64,000 nt of DNA from Takakia lepidozioides (GCA_030704615.1 CM060734.1:15004001-15068000); one strand, 5' to 3'; shown: positions 38,400-53,432, counted from the stretch's first letter. Notes: generated by a model not told the origin, from the sequence alone. A program made the numbers and translations.

Positions 38400-39700
38400 A
38401 CATCAAGAAATTGCCGTATAGTCACATCACAATGCATTGGGCTATCTAGCCAGTTATGATATATGCGGTGCGGATCTCTGCTCTCAGTTTCTCTTGCTTA
38501 TGATCCCTTCGGGGTGTCGCTGGAGAATATCCAGGACTCCAAGAGTCGCTGTCCAAAACCCAATCAGGGAATATCTTGGATATTTCGTCGGTATCGATTG
38601 AGTTTGACGCCTGTGCACCCTGGGAATGTGATCCGGGAGGATATACAGGTGGATCCAGGGCGTGCTCTTGTGGGGTGTAAAGTCCTAATAGGTAACCAGA
38701 GCCACATCATGGGCACATAACCAAAGGATGAGCAACGCCTCTTTTGAGCCCTATGCCACACATGTTCAAGATGAATGCTCCAACAGAGCCCAAGAGGTGT
38801 ACTGGAGAGTAGGCATCCCTACTTCACTATGGACTTATTTTATGAAGCTCATTATGTCACGCTACCAAGGACATTCTCTTGCAATGTCTGGATTACCAAC
38901 ACAAGATCTGGAGGACTTCTGTCCAACACGGCCTTGCAGGAGAGCAGCACAAGGAACCAACCAAAAGCCTTTTTGAAATCCACCAAGCAAAGGCGGACCA
39001 TATTATCTTTTATTTATGAGCCTCAATCATGGAGTAGGGTGAAGATATGGTCGATTGTAGACCACTTCTTCCTGAATCTTGCCTGGCCCTTTGCTCTAAT
39101 GTTGAGTCCAACTAGAAAATCCAACACATCACCAAAGATGAATATCGTACTTGTGCAATATACGTGGGTGCAGTTTGAGAGCACTATTGTGAACAGGATA
39201 GATAGTGCTATTTGTCCAGTCCCAAAGGAATAATTTTCCACGACTTCATAAGAGAGGCTAGCTATGGCTGCAGCCAAGTCTCCTTCCACACCTTTGAGAA
39301 ATTCACCTCAGAGCCCTACCAGGTCCCTCACCCTCCTCTTTGGGGGCTTGTTGATGGCTGCCATAACTTTATCTATAGTAAAAAGTGCAAGTTGGCGGCC
39401 CAACAAGCAATCATGGTGGGCACTTGGCAGGCATGATGGTGTAGGGATGAGGCAAGGGTGTGGTAGATGTTGGTAATGGGAGTGTGGGTTTTAGGGGGTT
39501 CAAGGAGGGATCGGAAGGAGCTTTGAGAATGACTGGCAGACAGAAAGAAACTTTAAAGCATCCAGAGGGGGAAAGAGAGGCTCTAATCCATCACACTGTT
39601 GTGCCACAATAAAGTTAACAAAAACCTATCCATCAACCTTTCCAATGAACATGGACATATGGTCAGGGAGAGGCTTACCAACCAGGGAAACGCTGGGAGT
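38400..39700 (-). mobile_element. Degenerate LINE reverse-transcriptase relic
   Basis: GQARFRKKWSTIDHIFTL, CLVDFKKAF and a VK*GCLLS remnant of QGCPLSP. Confidence 0.75.
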
Positions 39701-41083
39701 GGGCTGAATTTCAAGAGACATAATAATAGTCATGCTCCACACAGCTGCAATGGTTTATTTAATCGATTAATTAATTAATGGTTTTTTATGTCACTACATT
39801 TGTTATTATTTAGTACAAGGTAAGTTGAAGATTATGCCATCAAGACAGTATTTATTGGAGTGCATCTCAGCTGTGCACAGTAACCTCCAGACTGCAGTAA
39901 CTAGTAGTGCTCTGCCTGAGGACTACAATATGTAACGCTCCTACATTTCCCCAGTTAGAATCAATAGTGTCCGGTTTCACATGGCCCTCTTCCTCCCCCT
40001 ACATTGCCCTTAAGTCAAACAAGACTTGTCAGGATGCAATGGAAGCAATCAATCTCTCAACAAGAAAAACTTCAAATTGTCTTTTATGCCTCATTTCGTA
40101 ACCTGAAGCATCCTGCTAAAAACTTCAGCTGTACGAACGTATTTCGTTCAAAGAGAGATGGTGCATTTCTTCAAAACGGCCTTTTAGGGGTGCTCACAAC
40201 CTTTCTTCAGCTGCCCGGCTCAAGGATAAGGAGATGCCATATGGAAGATACATCTAGGTTTCACCATCATTTTTCACGCTAGGTGCCTGAGAAGAAACAC
40301 GACTCTGAACAGGATCCTAAATTTATATAACAGACAGGATAGCGCAATTACTCATCAAAGCAAAAAAATGAATTATCAGATATTACATCCGTGCATAAGG
40401 ATAGAATATGACATACCATGAGAAAGGCATTGATGCATTTCAAGAAGAGATTGATTGCCCGGCGACCAAACGGTAGCTTCGCATCACGCAGCACTGGAAT
40501 TCTGCCTGCCGGCGTTTATCACTCCCAACGTTATTTCCGGCTTATCTTTTCCGCTGTCTCCATTTCCTCTCCATGCATCAGCCCAAAGCCTTCGAAGGCA
40601 TCTTTCCAACTGATTTCATTACCAATAGAAGAGAGAGAGAGAGAGAGAGAAAAGGAGATGCAGAAACAGGAGATATCCAGGGATCTCGAGATACCGATAT
40701 TCGGTCAGACCGTTAGATCTTGTAGGTATGGATTTTTGAAACCATCCGATTTCATATCTGCAACGGTTGAGATGCCTTATGACCCCCGGGATGGATGTGG
40801 AGCCAAAGGATGGATGTGGAGCAAAGTTATTGATTCATCGATTGCTTCTAGGTATCAGGTTCGCTTCGCTCGTGGATGTCCCCAACTCTTTCCTGGTGAG
40901 ATCTGTGTGCGCTTTCTCTCTCTCTATCAATCCTTAATGTGCAGACGACGGTGAGATCCAAGATCCGAAAGAGGTTTGAAGACACGAGAGAAGATCTGCA
41001 TATTTAGGGAGGTGATTCTGGAGGGAAAGAGGTTTTCGACGAGCTCGAGGGCTGATTGTAGGGCGTCTGATCGTTTTGGCAAT

Positions 41084-43506
41084 ATGGATGTAAGTACATT
41101 GTCCTTTCTTGCTACACGCTTCCTGCCTGTCTGTCTCACTCTGTTTCCCACACCCTCTCTCCCCTTCTTCTCTACTTTGGTCAAAAACAAGCATATCGAG
41201 TATTTTGAATAATGACTGTTTCGAAGACTCTGACAGTCGCTTGTTCAAGAGACAGAGAGCAATTCTCTGGTTTTTGGATTTTATTTCAGCTCGCAAGATG
41301 TCGGAAATGATAATGTGCGTCACGGCTGCTTGTTGCTCGCGGGATCCAGGTGTCTACCCCATTGATAAAGAACATCTTGCTTCTAGATGCTGAAGGGAAA
41401 CGTGTAGCTGTCAAGTATTACTCAGATGACTGGCCAAATCTTGCTGCCAAATTGGCCTTTGAGAAATCCGTTTTCACGAAGACCCAACGGACAAGTGCTC
41501 GTGCCGAAGGTGAGTGTCGAACAGGACTCTACATCCCATGCCTGGGCAAGCTGTCGAATAAGATAAGGACCCCTACGTTCTGCAGGGAGAAGAAGCAGGG
41601 TGGTGGTGTTTTAAATATAATAATCTTCCATTGGAGTCTGATTTAATTCTGCTATATGTATGCAGCCGAGATTGGAATGTATGATGGGTACATTGTCGTC
41701 TACAAGTTCATCTCCGACCTACATTTCTATGTGACAGGAGGTGATGATGAGAATGAGCTCATCTTGGCCACTGTATTGCAGGGGTTCTTCGATGCTGTTT
41801 CTCTGCTTCTCAGGTCAGGAACGTTACACCTGCATATCATTCTTCTAGATCCCTAATCCTCTATTTATTCAGTCGTGGTTATTTCAGGCACATTCTTCCA
41901 CTGATGTAGAAAACTGCCACCTGCATGCTTGCCTGGTCAGTGGCACTTCAAAATTTCTCGTGTATCATGTACCATTTTCACCAAGGCCAAAGCTCTGTGC
42001 TCTTGTTTCACAGGTGCATTAACTGGGTGTTACTAGCTTGAGTATGGTTGTTGAGAATCAGTGTGTTGTCCCTGTGATGATTTCCTCCATACATCCTCTG
42101 TCTTTGTAGGTTGCTTTTGCAGTCGTAATTGTTGTGTGCAATTTTTAGGCTTTCACATTAAGTTTTTGGTTCAGATCTCGTGTCCTGAATTCGGTACTAG
42201 TGTGGTGGTACTACAGAAACAATGTGGAGAAGAAGACAGTGTTGGAGAATTTGGACCTGGTCCTTCTTTGCCTTGATGAGATTGTGGATGGCGGGTAATG
42301 TCTTCAACCTTATGTTTGGTCCAGTGAACAAAAGGGCAAGGAGAGAGTTTGCAGTGCTAAGTGTTGCTCACTATGACACTGCAGATTGTGCCACATTTTT
42401 TCCTGTGGAAGATCCTTAGAAATCCATCCACAGGTAGATATGAAGTCTCACCATTAGTGAAATTGGTCATCCTGTCTGTAAGAGTGCTTTGTAGGGTTTC
42501 ATGCTTTATCATCGGCCTTGATTATGTATGCATAATCTGGAAGGTTCTGAACTGAGGCCAAGGAAGTTCAAATCTTTCTTTACTTGATCATGGGTAGCTT
42601 GCTGTGAATTTACCTGGTAAAATATCTGGTTTCAGTTTTTGTCACAGGATCTTTTGATCCTCCTCCCAGAGATGTTCAGATCCACAGCGTGTGGTGTTGG
42701 AGGTCTGTCGTTCTTGTACTTTACTGTCTACAATGTGAGTAGCCATGGTGCAGCCATCTAGTTACTGGCAGCGAAGGTTTGGTTTTGTTGGTTAGAGAGT
42801 TTGACTTCTTGTTTGCTTGGAAGGGTTCTACTCTGGGAAAGCAACGTGTTTCATTCCAGTAAGGGGAATGAGTTTGTCACACTTCCATAATCTTTTCTCA
42901 TTATTTGGACTTGCCTTTGTCAGGATTATATTGGAATCAGATGCCAATATTATTGCTGGGAGAGTAGCAATGCGTGGTGCTGAGGCAGATGTTCCCCTCT
43001 CAGAGCAGGTAATGCAGGACACTTCAGTACGTCCAGTTGTGATTGAGGATTAGGCTCTCTGGTTTTCTCTTGGATCTGAACAGACGGACACGCCTTAGTT
43101 TTCAGTGATCATACTCTCTCCTTATCTCTCCTCCCTTCCTCAACTTGTTCTCCCTCCTTGCACTCTGTCCAGTATAAGTGGAGACACAAACATTTGTTTT
43201 TCTCATGCCCTAGATATCACAGGATCACCGAAAGATACTACTGTCCCTCTTGAGATTTTTCATCCTTGACATTCGCCTTCAGTTGTGAGGACCGATAGTG
43301 CTTAGCAGCTTACTGGAATTAGGCACTCTCCTCTGAGCACATTTGGGATTCTTTGCAGGCTCTTTTTGTTCTATTCTGCCGTAGGCCTCTGAGCTCCTGT
43401 AGACTTAATATTTTCTTCTTTCTTCTTCTGGATTGTTGTTTTGCAGACCATATCGCAAGCGCTGGCAACTGCAAAAGAGCATCTGGCAAGATCACTGCTC
43501 AAGTAG
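41084..43506 (+). CDS. COPZ: Coatomer subunit zeta
   Basis: Exons 41084-41089 (tentative), 41350-41509, 41666-41813, 42217-42294, 42924-43008 and 43447-43506. Sequence [47 protein letters not shown]. Confidence 0.95.
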
Positions 43507-44487
43507 AGCCTATGGAGACACCTGTGATTTGTGCAAGTGTCACAGAAGCTTCTGCAAATTAAAGAGACGTCCTCTGTATGATTGTGAGATAGTCATTTCA
43601 TACTGAAGGTAATCTCAATAGTTGGATTTAATGCAGGAGTAGTCTCTTTTCAGTGACTATATTCCTGCAGTAGCTCATCTTGGTTTCTGTGAATCGGTCA
43701 ATGTGGATGCCCTTGCCCACTGTGCCATACCCACTTTCTGGCTGCTGTGCAAATGAAAGCTCTTCGGATATCCGGTTGGTTCCTGTTGAGTGCTGATTCT
43801 CAACGTAAACTCACTGTGAGACTTACATTTTTCTGTTGCGGCATGGACATTCATAGATATAGAGATTTTGAACTTTGCCCCTGTTACCTTTCTCAAGAAA
43901 GAGAAGTAGGCAGACAGTGGGACAGCTCTTTCAAACTTGCATGAAATGCATGATTGCAGTTAGGTAGGCCCCATGCAGGGCACCGGGTGTTTGAAATAAT
44001 CAGGTTGGCGTTGTATGCCACAGTCATTTTCTCCTGACAGACGACAGACTAAACAATGCAGTTGTCAGTGCCTTTGGTGCGTATTTTCGAGCTCACCGTA
44101 TCCCTAAACGGTTTGGATGGTGTAGTCTGGCCTGTGCAGCTTTTGCTGATGTTATCCCTGTGTGTTGCTCCAGTGGACTCCAACGAACCATTTGAAGTTG
44201 TGATGTCTTTAGTCTTCACCAAGCCCTTCTCATGGAACACTGCAAATTAATCCACACTCACAATTTCATTATCATAGACCACGGCGAGTTTGATATAAGT
44301 TTCCTGGGGTGAGTTGTGCGTTGTGTGTTTTGCTTATTCGCCTCTATTCAGCATATGTACCAATTGCAATGGATGCCGTCTTTGATACAAAAGCCATTAA
44401 CTAAATGCTTTAAGTTTGTTGGATATAAAGTGGTGTGTGAAAACTTAAGCTTTGACAATCAATATATGATGCCTTCCTCAGAAACAA

Positions 44488-44866
44488 TAGAGTTATCCGT
44501 AAAGGGTCCCAAAGGGTCCCAAACTCGGCATGAGAACCCTGAGTCTGGGCAAAACTCGGTATGAAACTCAGGATCAAGTGGTATGACCAGAAAAAAACAC
44601 GGGACCAAACTGCCAGGACTAGGAAAATGGGGGTGAAAGGAGTTTGGTGCCGAGTTTCGTTAGTCGTCGAGGCGGAGGCGGTCAGAGCTCACGAGCTCGT
44701 GCCATGGCAGCGGTTGCCCTCATCCCCAGTTTATGATTTGGTGCCCTCTTTTCTGACTTCGTGCTCAGTTTTCTGCACTTTACGGATTAACTCAAACTCA
44801 GGATGAAACCTGTAACTCGGGTCCAAACAGGGTACCCAACTTAGGCTCACTTTACGGATAACTCTA
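44488..44866. mobile_element. MITE
   Basis: Terminal inverted repeat TAGAGTTATCCGTAAAG / CTTTACGGATAACTCTA; TSD readable as TA or AAT; non-coding interior. Confidence 0.75.
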
Positions 44867-47446
44867 ATGTATAGGTAGAAGTAGCAAACAAAAGTGAGAG
44901 GGCGATGGCTCCGCAGATTGCGATGAGAGAGCTTGAGGACCTAATTTTTCTCAAGCTCGCCTCCGCTCGACCATCAGGAGTCCCATCAGTTACTCGGCAG
45001 TGTACTAAAGCTAGGTTCAGTGTTCAGTACCTCCTACAACTGTGAAGACGGCGCTTTGGCCTTGCCCTAATCCTTCATTCTAATGTTGAACTAACAGAAC
45101 TCTTCTTCATCACTTCCCTTAGTTATCTCTCCTCCTTCCTCGCCTTTACCTCTTCTTGTATCATCCACAAGCTCCCCTTCCTCGTCCCATTTATGGGCCA
45201 CCCTACCTGGCCTGTGGCGCGTTTCCCCAAGATCACATTATGAGTTGCTTCTTCCCTGGCAGAAAGCGCCACCCTCTGACTGTTTAGTGGGCGCTTTTAG
45301 CTTCTCTGCAATTCTCCAGCTCAAGATGGCAATTTCCCCCCCTTCCGCAGCTGCGTAGATGAACACAATACCTGCATTGTTACTCCCGAAGCATTATGGC
45401 GTCTTCCTCCATTGCGGCTGATAATCACAGGGGAGTGACCTTTCATCCTCACCTCTTCCTTTTTTGACCTGTTTTGCATTCAACGGCTTGTCTGCTATGA
45501 TCCCCTGTCTGGTTTGCATCTCTTGCTCGATTATCGATTTACCTGTCAGTAACCGGATGTGAGCTACAACATAAATCTCCTTCTTCGCATGGTTCCTTCT
45601 TCTCCCTGCTTATTTCTCCCTTATCTCTCGATACCTCCCAACTACAGGCTTATTGCGACCTGTGGCTTCCAGGTCTCACTCGCCTTTTACCTTCGTTTCT
45701 ACACTGCTGCCTTCCTCTTGCCTCCCGCAACCTCTTTTCAAGGCTCGTGTAAAAGAGTGCTCATTGCGATTTGGTGGGGCCTGTTTGTGGAGAGTGCTTG
45801 GTGCTGCTAGATACAGGCATTAATGAGAGCGACTCTTCCCACTAAGCTAAAACCATGAATGCCCAAGGCACAGCGAGCAAAAGAGGAAACAGAGGCGGCT
45901 CTGCGCAACGCTCGGGCTCCGCACAACCCTCTGGCTCTGCGCTAGTTGTCAATGGAGGGAAGACAAAGTGGATTATCATAAACATCTCCAATTCCAATGG
46001 ATTGGGAGACTCCATCCTGGGCAAAGGTCCAAGCCCATCTATTGATATGCAATCCCCCTTGTCTGATGAGGGAGTATGGGAGGACTCGATCCCCTAGGAG
46101 ATCGCCAGACAGCCAGTACTGGCTCTAGATAAAGAAAAGCTCAAATCTCAGGCACAAATAAGTAATTGTCAGCTCCCTTTATTTGCACATGATGGGTGCA
46201 ATTTGCTGGATATCCCATTAACATTTCCACCTCCATGTGATTTACATAGAGCAAAGTCTTGGTGCCAATTTGTATCACTTGCTCCAGTTACACATTGTGG
46301 CCTTTGTGGGAGTTGTTTGATATAATCACCCAAGTCGTAGCAGGCATCCATTGTCAAGAGACAACGTTGACATCTAGATACATCAGATAACTTCTAGAGA
46401 ACCTCGGTGAGTCTTATCTCGAATGACATAATCCCCACCCAGAAGTGGTGTGTGCTTTGAAGTGGTTTCACTAGTCGATATGTCAAAAATGATCAGGCTG
46501 TATTGTCCTTTACTGTCCTTTATTGTCCTTCCTTTGCCGTCTTTAGGAAGAAATGAGACTCCTTTAATATGCCCACATCCATTGATTTCTTAATCAACTC
46601 TTGTACATAACTCGTGTTGCTCAAAGCTGCTGGAAACATTCGTTGGGAATGACTTCATCATGTCTGGGACATTCTGTGGAACATTAGTATCTGGCTTCGG
46701 CAGTGTTTTCAAGCCGGATTCAATCTCGACTATGTACTTGCGCTTTGGCAAGCTTTTGGCCCGGCAGTGGATAAGAATCCCAATCCTACGGAGCCATGAA
46801 TCCACCCCAGTATGGCTCTAAAGATACTCCCTAGGTGATGGAGTTACACTAAAAGATAAAACGGGTTTTTCCACGGTTTTTTTCACACTTTTTGGTGTGA
46901 AATCCACCCTAGTCCACACCTGCCGTGGGTGTAAGAAACGACTAGTGCTTTCGGACACATGTGGAAAAAGCCTCCACGACCATGGCTATGTGGAAAAAGC
47001 CATAGAGGCTTGTATCACAGGAAACATGGCTGTGGAAAAAGCCATAGAGGCGTATATCATAGGTGACATGGCCGCTGACATGGCCAATGGCATAGCTGAC
47101 ATGACAGAGTGTGAAAAAGGCCGTACCACACCAAAGTGTGGCATGTTTCATGGCAGATTTCACACCTTCGACAAATCACTATGCGACACGTGTCAAATTT
47201 CACAGCTTCGACAAATTACTCTCCAACACGTGTTCGTTCCTGTGTGGTGGCACGCATTAATTAATTGATTTCCAATATTGAGTATGAATATTAATGGATT
47301 TAATTTATTGTTATTATTATTATTATTATAGGGAACAGTGGCCTCGATGAGAACATTATTAAATAGCAAATTATTGAAATTATATTTTTAGAAGATATAT
47401 TTATTCGCTCAGATACCAAAGCTTTGCGCCTATGCTGAATTGCGGG

Positions 47447-48375
47447 CTACTCTCTGTAATCTCATAGGCATTCACCTTTTTCCCTCGGTTGTCCCACCAT
47501 TGACTGGGGTCAGAAAGCATTCATTCCACAGCTTCTCCTCATCTCTGTTACCTGTTTCTGAATACTTTTCTATTGTCACTTTGGCAGTATCATGTCAAAG
47601 TCACTCCAAACTATCTACCATCTACCCATGACCATCTACCCATGCAAGTTTCTTGTAGCTATCCTTCCACAGGGAATCATAAGTAATCTGGAGCTTGAAA
47701 TCCGGCCCTCTTGATCTGGACCTACACTCTATCCCTACTCCTTCAGCTATCCATGCCTCTGCACAGATCATGCATACATCCTTGCATTGTTGATAGCAGC
47801 TGACAATGACAGCCTAGATTTGTTCCAGCAAACACCCAACTGAACTTATCACACCAGTTCCTATTCTCAATTGCATCTGCTACTCTCTGTAATCCAAAGG
47901 CATTTACCTTCCAAGACGGTTGTCCCACCATTGACTAGGGTCAGAAAAGTATTCATTCCACAGCTTCTCCTCGTCTCTGTTACCTGTTTCTGGATACTTT
48001 CTTGTTGTCACATTGGCAGTATCATGTCAGTCACTCCAAACTATCAATGGTTCACTCAACCAGCTAACTTGCAGAATTCAACATGAAAATTTAGGGCCAA
48101 CTCTGATAAGAGGGAAAAACAGGGTGAAATGCGTTGAAGAAGGTGCCTTCATTAGCAATGCCTGATTTTATCAATTGTGCCGCTGCTGATGCGACTTCCA
48201 CTTGACCATCTGTTTCTTGTACTTGTCCTTCCACAAGGAATGATAGGTAATCTGGAGCTTGAAACCCGGCCCTCTTAGATGAATCTGGACCCCCACTCTG
48301 TCCCTGCTCCTTCAGCTGTCCATGCCTCTGCACAAATCATGCATACATCCTTGCCTTGCTGCTAGCAGCTGACAT
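47447..48375. repeat. Diverged direct duplication (~47447-47810 / ~47880-48375)
   Basis: Shared CTACTCTCTGTAATC..CATGCATACATCCTTGC blocks. Confidence 0.75.
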
Positions 48376-50299
48376 GGCCTACCCAGCACCCATCTCAATA
48401 CGACCTTGGGCCTCCTTAGTGGAGGTAGTAACACAAACCTTCAAGTCTTCCTTCCTCAACCATGGGGTGAAATAAATGGCCACATTTGCATGGGCTATGC
48501 CATGATATACCCGAGTAAACTGTCCTCACATACCTTCCACTTGTGAATATACAAGATTTCAGAATAGCTACCTAATCTGCCCCAAACTCCTTGGTCGATT
48601 TGCGACCTCTTACAAGTGACTCTGTAAGACCTAACTATCCCTGAGAGCTACTATAACAATTGAGGGGAACGGGAGGCATGTATACAGCAAGCTTGATGAG
48701 ATCTCCCCTACACTGAAACTCATTTCTTGGCACCAAAACCTTTGGGGACAGCACCCCCTGCCCCAGAAGCTGTTAGCTGCTGCTGCAATAATGTGCGGCT
48801 CTTCTTTTGTTTAGCTGTGCCTGGTGCAGCCTGCCAACCAACCATTACATCCCTTCAACACCAGGTACATTCTTTCCAATGCTCTTGGCATGCTAGCATA
48901 GGATGATAACTTGTAACCCGCTAACAACCATGTCCTGAGCACAGATGCCAACTTCATCCAAGCTTAACAGTCAACCAAGATTGAAAACAGTAATTTACGA
49001 GGAGAAAGTACACCTCCCGTGCCCCTTTCAGTGGGTCATCCCTCTATTCCAAGCCTGGAATAGAGCCACCCTGCATCATAGTAGCCAGGTTCTTCATGCG
49101 TGCGCGCATCTGAAAGAGCTGCGAAACCAGAGAGCTCACCTGTCTCCCCTCCCAGCCACCAGAAATTAAGTGCACATGACTAGCACGACACTCTCACTTC
49201 ATTCACAAGTTTTCCACAGACGACAGACCATTCAAAATTCAACTTCGCCAATCCCCCTTGACCTTCTTATGGTATTCTCTCTCCCTTGGTCTACTTGATA
49301 TCCTTTTGATGGTAAACTTCAACACCTTTTTTGTTGATTGAGATGTCTACAATGGCAGAGTGCTTTTGTGGCACACACAGTAAAAGCGCTAATGCAATCC
49401 CTGCCTCTCTACATAGGAATTCCACAGTCCTGCATTTCAAAGCGCAGTGCAGGTGTTGTCTGACAAAAAGAACTCTATTCACACCATTGTCACAACAACA
49501 ATCCAGCCATGTGCAGGTCCATTGCAACATAACTGCTGTATACTTCAGATATGGTGCAATGTCATAATATTTCAACCAGTCTGTCAATTAAGCTGACGAA
49601 TAGAAATCAGACAACGCAGGTGTTTGTAGTTCACAAGTAAGCCACGACATAGAGCTGACACGCCCATACCCACCTGTTCTTGTGATCTTCGTGAGCCCAA
49701 TGCCACTCTTCGCCTCCTTGACGGTGACTTGGCAAGCAACTCTGGGTCTGCCCTTTCCTCTGTACGTTGACCCACATGTTCTTCAGACTTGCAAGACACG
49801 TCCACAGCTTACTTTCAAGATCTCTTTCAAGGGAACACGTGCTAGAAACCTGCCTACCACACCCGCTTCCACTCGGAAGACCAACAGTTCAAAGAGTATA
49901 AAGTTTACAAATTTTAAACAACTAGCACAAAAACCTGATTTGTGACGAGGTCAGACACACACAAGGGGACCCCGAAAGGACGCACTAGGAGTCATAGAGT
50001 TGATCATGGAGTCTATTATCTTCAGACTCTTCTCTGCCTCACGAATCTGCTGCGGCGTCACTTGCTCAATATATATGGCACAAACTCCATCCCAATTCAG
50101 TTGAACCAACTCATCCACTTCCGTCAACCTGAAACTTTCAGGTTAAGTCTGACAGCCCAACTGTCACATTCAAGGTGAGAAACAGCAGCAAGCCACTAGG
50201 GTTTGAGTCCTAAGGTAAGACTTAAGGAAGTTACTTGGTGCCAAAGATAAAGGCCATAACCATGATCTACAAAATAAAGCATGTGGGCAAGGGGGAAGA

Positions 50300-52139
50300 C
50301 CTTGTTCATTCCAGGAATGAGTTGACAAGGCAATTTCCAGCTTTGATGATATCCAGGGCAGTGTTCAGAATGACATTTGGTACAATTCCAGCTTTGATGA
50401 TATCCCCATGCACCTCTTTGCCCTTGTCCAGGGCTCGATGCACCCACATTTTGCATTACATGTCCACCAGGGTATTGATCAGAATGACATTTGGTACAAT
50501 TCCAGCTCTGAAGATGTCGCCATGGACCTCTTTCCCCTTTTCCAGAGCTGCCAGGGCAGTGTCCAGAATGACATTTGGTACAATTCCAGCTTTGATGATA
50601 TCCGCATGCACCTCTTTGCCCTTGTCCAGGGCTGCCAGGCTTGCACAGGCATTGCAAATGCACACAAACATGATGTGGCCGGGCTTCACCCCTTCCCCCA
50701 TCATTTGCTCATAGGTCTCCAAAGCCTCCATCCCACGTCCCTGCTGTGCATACCCTGCAAGCATCGCACTCCACGACACCACATCTCGTTCAGCCATAGT
50801 GTTGAACACTCCCTTTGCATCCTCAATGCACCCACATTTTGCATACATGTCCATCAGGGTATTGTTCAAAATGACATTTGGTACAATTCCAGCTCTGAAG
50901 ATGTCGCCATGGACCTCTTTCCCCTTTTCCAGAGCTGCCAGGGCAGTGTTCAGAATGCCATATGGTACAATTCCAGCTTTGATGATATCCCCATGCACCT
51001 CTTTGCCCTTGTCCAGGGCTGCCAGGCTTGCACAAGCATTGCAAATGCACACAAACATGATGTGGCCGGGCTTCACCCCTTCCCCCATCATTTGCTCATA
51101 GGTCTCCAAAGCCTCCATCCCACGTCTCTGCTGTGCATACCCTGCAAGCATCGGACTCCACGACACCACATCTCGTTCAGCCATAGTGTTGAACACTCCC
51201 TTTGCATCCTCGATGCACCCACATTTTGCATACATGTCCACCAGGGTATTGTTCAGAATGACATTTGGTACCATTCCAGCTCTGAAGATGTCGCCATGGA
51301 CCTCTTTCCCCTTTACCAGAGGGGCCAGGCCAATGTTCATAATGACATTTCATACAATTCCAGCTTTGATGATATCCCCATGCACCTCGTTGCCCTTGTC
51401 CAGGGCTCGATGCACCCACATTTTGCATACATGTCCACCAGGGTATTGTTCAGAATGACATTTGTACAATTCCAGCTCTGAAGAAGTTCTGGAAGAACTT
51501 CAGAACGGTGTCTCCATTTGGCACAATTCCAGCAGTAGCATAAATGTTTGATAGCAGCACATAAGTTGCCCCGTCTTGTAAATCCATCTTGAGAAGGCAA
51601 TTTGCTGCACGTTATGCTACATCCACATTGCCATGGATACTGCAAGCACTAAGCAAAATACCCCACATCGCAGCCTCTGGTTTGATTGGCATTTTGATAA
51701 TGAGGTCTTCTGCCTCATCCAATCGCCCTGTGCAGCCAAGAAGGTCCACCATGCAGCCAAGATGTTCCACTGTCGGAGTGAGGCCATGGTTTCGATGCAT
51801 GGAAGCAAAGTAGTGACAGCCTTCATCCACTAGGCCCACATTACATGCAGAGAGAAGACCTACAAAGGTGATCATGTCTGGCCTTACACCTTCCTGTTGC
51901 ATCTGTTCAAATAGTTGCAGGGCTTCCATGCCAGACCCATGCTGAGCATATCCTGTGATCATTGCACTCCATGAGATTACATCTCGTTGAGCCATATTGT
52001 CAAACACCTTACCCGCATCCTTCATACTCCCACATTTAGCATACATATCAGTAAGAGCAGTCTCCGGAATGATAGCTGGAACAAATCCAGCTTCGACGAT
52101 GTCTGCACGGACCTCTTCGCAAGAACAACAGTCAGTCAC
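50300..52139 (-). pseudogene. Scrambled PLS-class PPR gene fragments including an E-domain segment
   Basis: DMYAKCG..DVVSW.AML.GYAQ repeats; EHLGCMVDLLG..PEAAMWGILLSAC; ~363-bp internal tandem duplication; frameshifts. Confidence 0.9.
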
Positions 52140-53432
52140 GTCTAAGTGATTGTGAACTAAAAAAGCAACAACCCTAAAATTTGACTTGAATACTTTATAT
52201 TTTAACTAAATAATATTACTATTATTTTGGAAATTGCTGCCGTGGAAAGAAAATAGAGAATTAAACCGCTCCGGAGCAGCCACGTGTCTTGACCATGCCA
52301 GCTCATACAGTTGCCCAGGATCACAAAAATGTGTATGATACATCATATGCTACAACGCACTACCTCCCGTGTCGGGATTGGGTAATTTGCGCGTCTGCTG
52401 CCTTCCTTGGATGTGGTAGCTGTTTCTCAGGCTTCATTTCACACTTGTGTGAGATAGGTCCTGAAAGAAAATCCTACATGTACATGGTCAAAGTGCCATG
52501 TCATACCGTGGACTTCCAAGGTGTGGTGACACGTGGGACACCCCACATTTAGGCCATATATGGTTCACACACCTTGGCTCACTCTACATACATGTGATAA
52601 AAGCAGTGGAATGTGCCAGGTGTGAGATGGCATACCCGTGGAAAAACCCGTTTTCTCTTCTAGTGAATTGTTTGCCTTCGTTTGCCAAACTTGTCAAACA
52701 CTCGAACGGTAAAACGAGAGTGTGAAACGAGAGTGAATACAAGCTACTCTCTGATTTTGAAGTCGTTGTCGAATGCAAACTCCCTCCACATAACTTCTAG
52801 AGAACCTCGGCGAGTCCTATCGGTGAGTCTTATCGTCAGTGGGCCGTCGGCGACGCCCAGCCGTCGCAAGGTGGCATGAAGGGGGAAGAGGGAGGCCCCA
52901 AGGGAGGCGGGCCATGCGACGGCGGGGCGCCGCAACGGGGGGGTTGCAAGTTGGACAAAGGAATCACCTTGAATCAATGCATATCCCTTCACCAGGTTGA
53001 TGACAGGCAATGACAAATTTTCCCACCCAAACACTTGAACAGCCTTGGCAATGGCTTTGGCAACATTGTTGTCTTTCACACCAATTTCGAGGATTCTTTC
53101 TTTTGCATCGAAATCATGGTTACCAAATCGATTGAAGGGTTTCTAGGGGTAAGTCTTGGTCAGCACTTATAGAACAAGAACCATGTCTTCCAACATTCTT
53201 GCCCTCGTACAAAAATTCAACAATCCTAGAGTCACTTTTTGAATCACAACTTCACTAAAATCATTCCAAGATCGCCACACCTCCAAAGGATTTTTTTCAT
53301 GGATTTTTCATTGATCAATCATAGAAATAAGCTACATGCATGTACATGTGTAATCAATCGAAGGGATGGGTACAGTTCTGTGCGAGAATTGTTATGTAGC
53401 TTTGATTACGTGTCTAATCAATTTGAATATCA

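Larger units (their letters stand above)
46847..52665. mobile_element. Non-autonomous CACTA-like element (Pack-CACTA candidate)
   Basis: CACTAAAAGATAAAACGGGTTTTTCCACGG at 46847 and its near-complement CCGTGGAAAAACCCGTTTTCTCTTCTAGTG ending at 52665, with subterminal GTGGAAAAA repeats. The 3-bp flanks do not match (TTA vs AAT). Confidence 0.6.

Noticed and set aside
48400-50190. Possible coding remnants
   Set aside because: No motif could be assigned with confidence.
50408-51481. 357-aa plus-strand repetitive ORF
   Set aside because: Antisense shadow of the PPR repeats.
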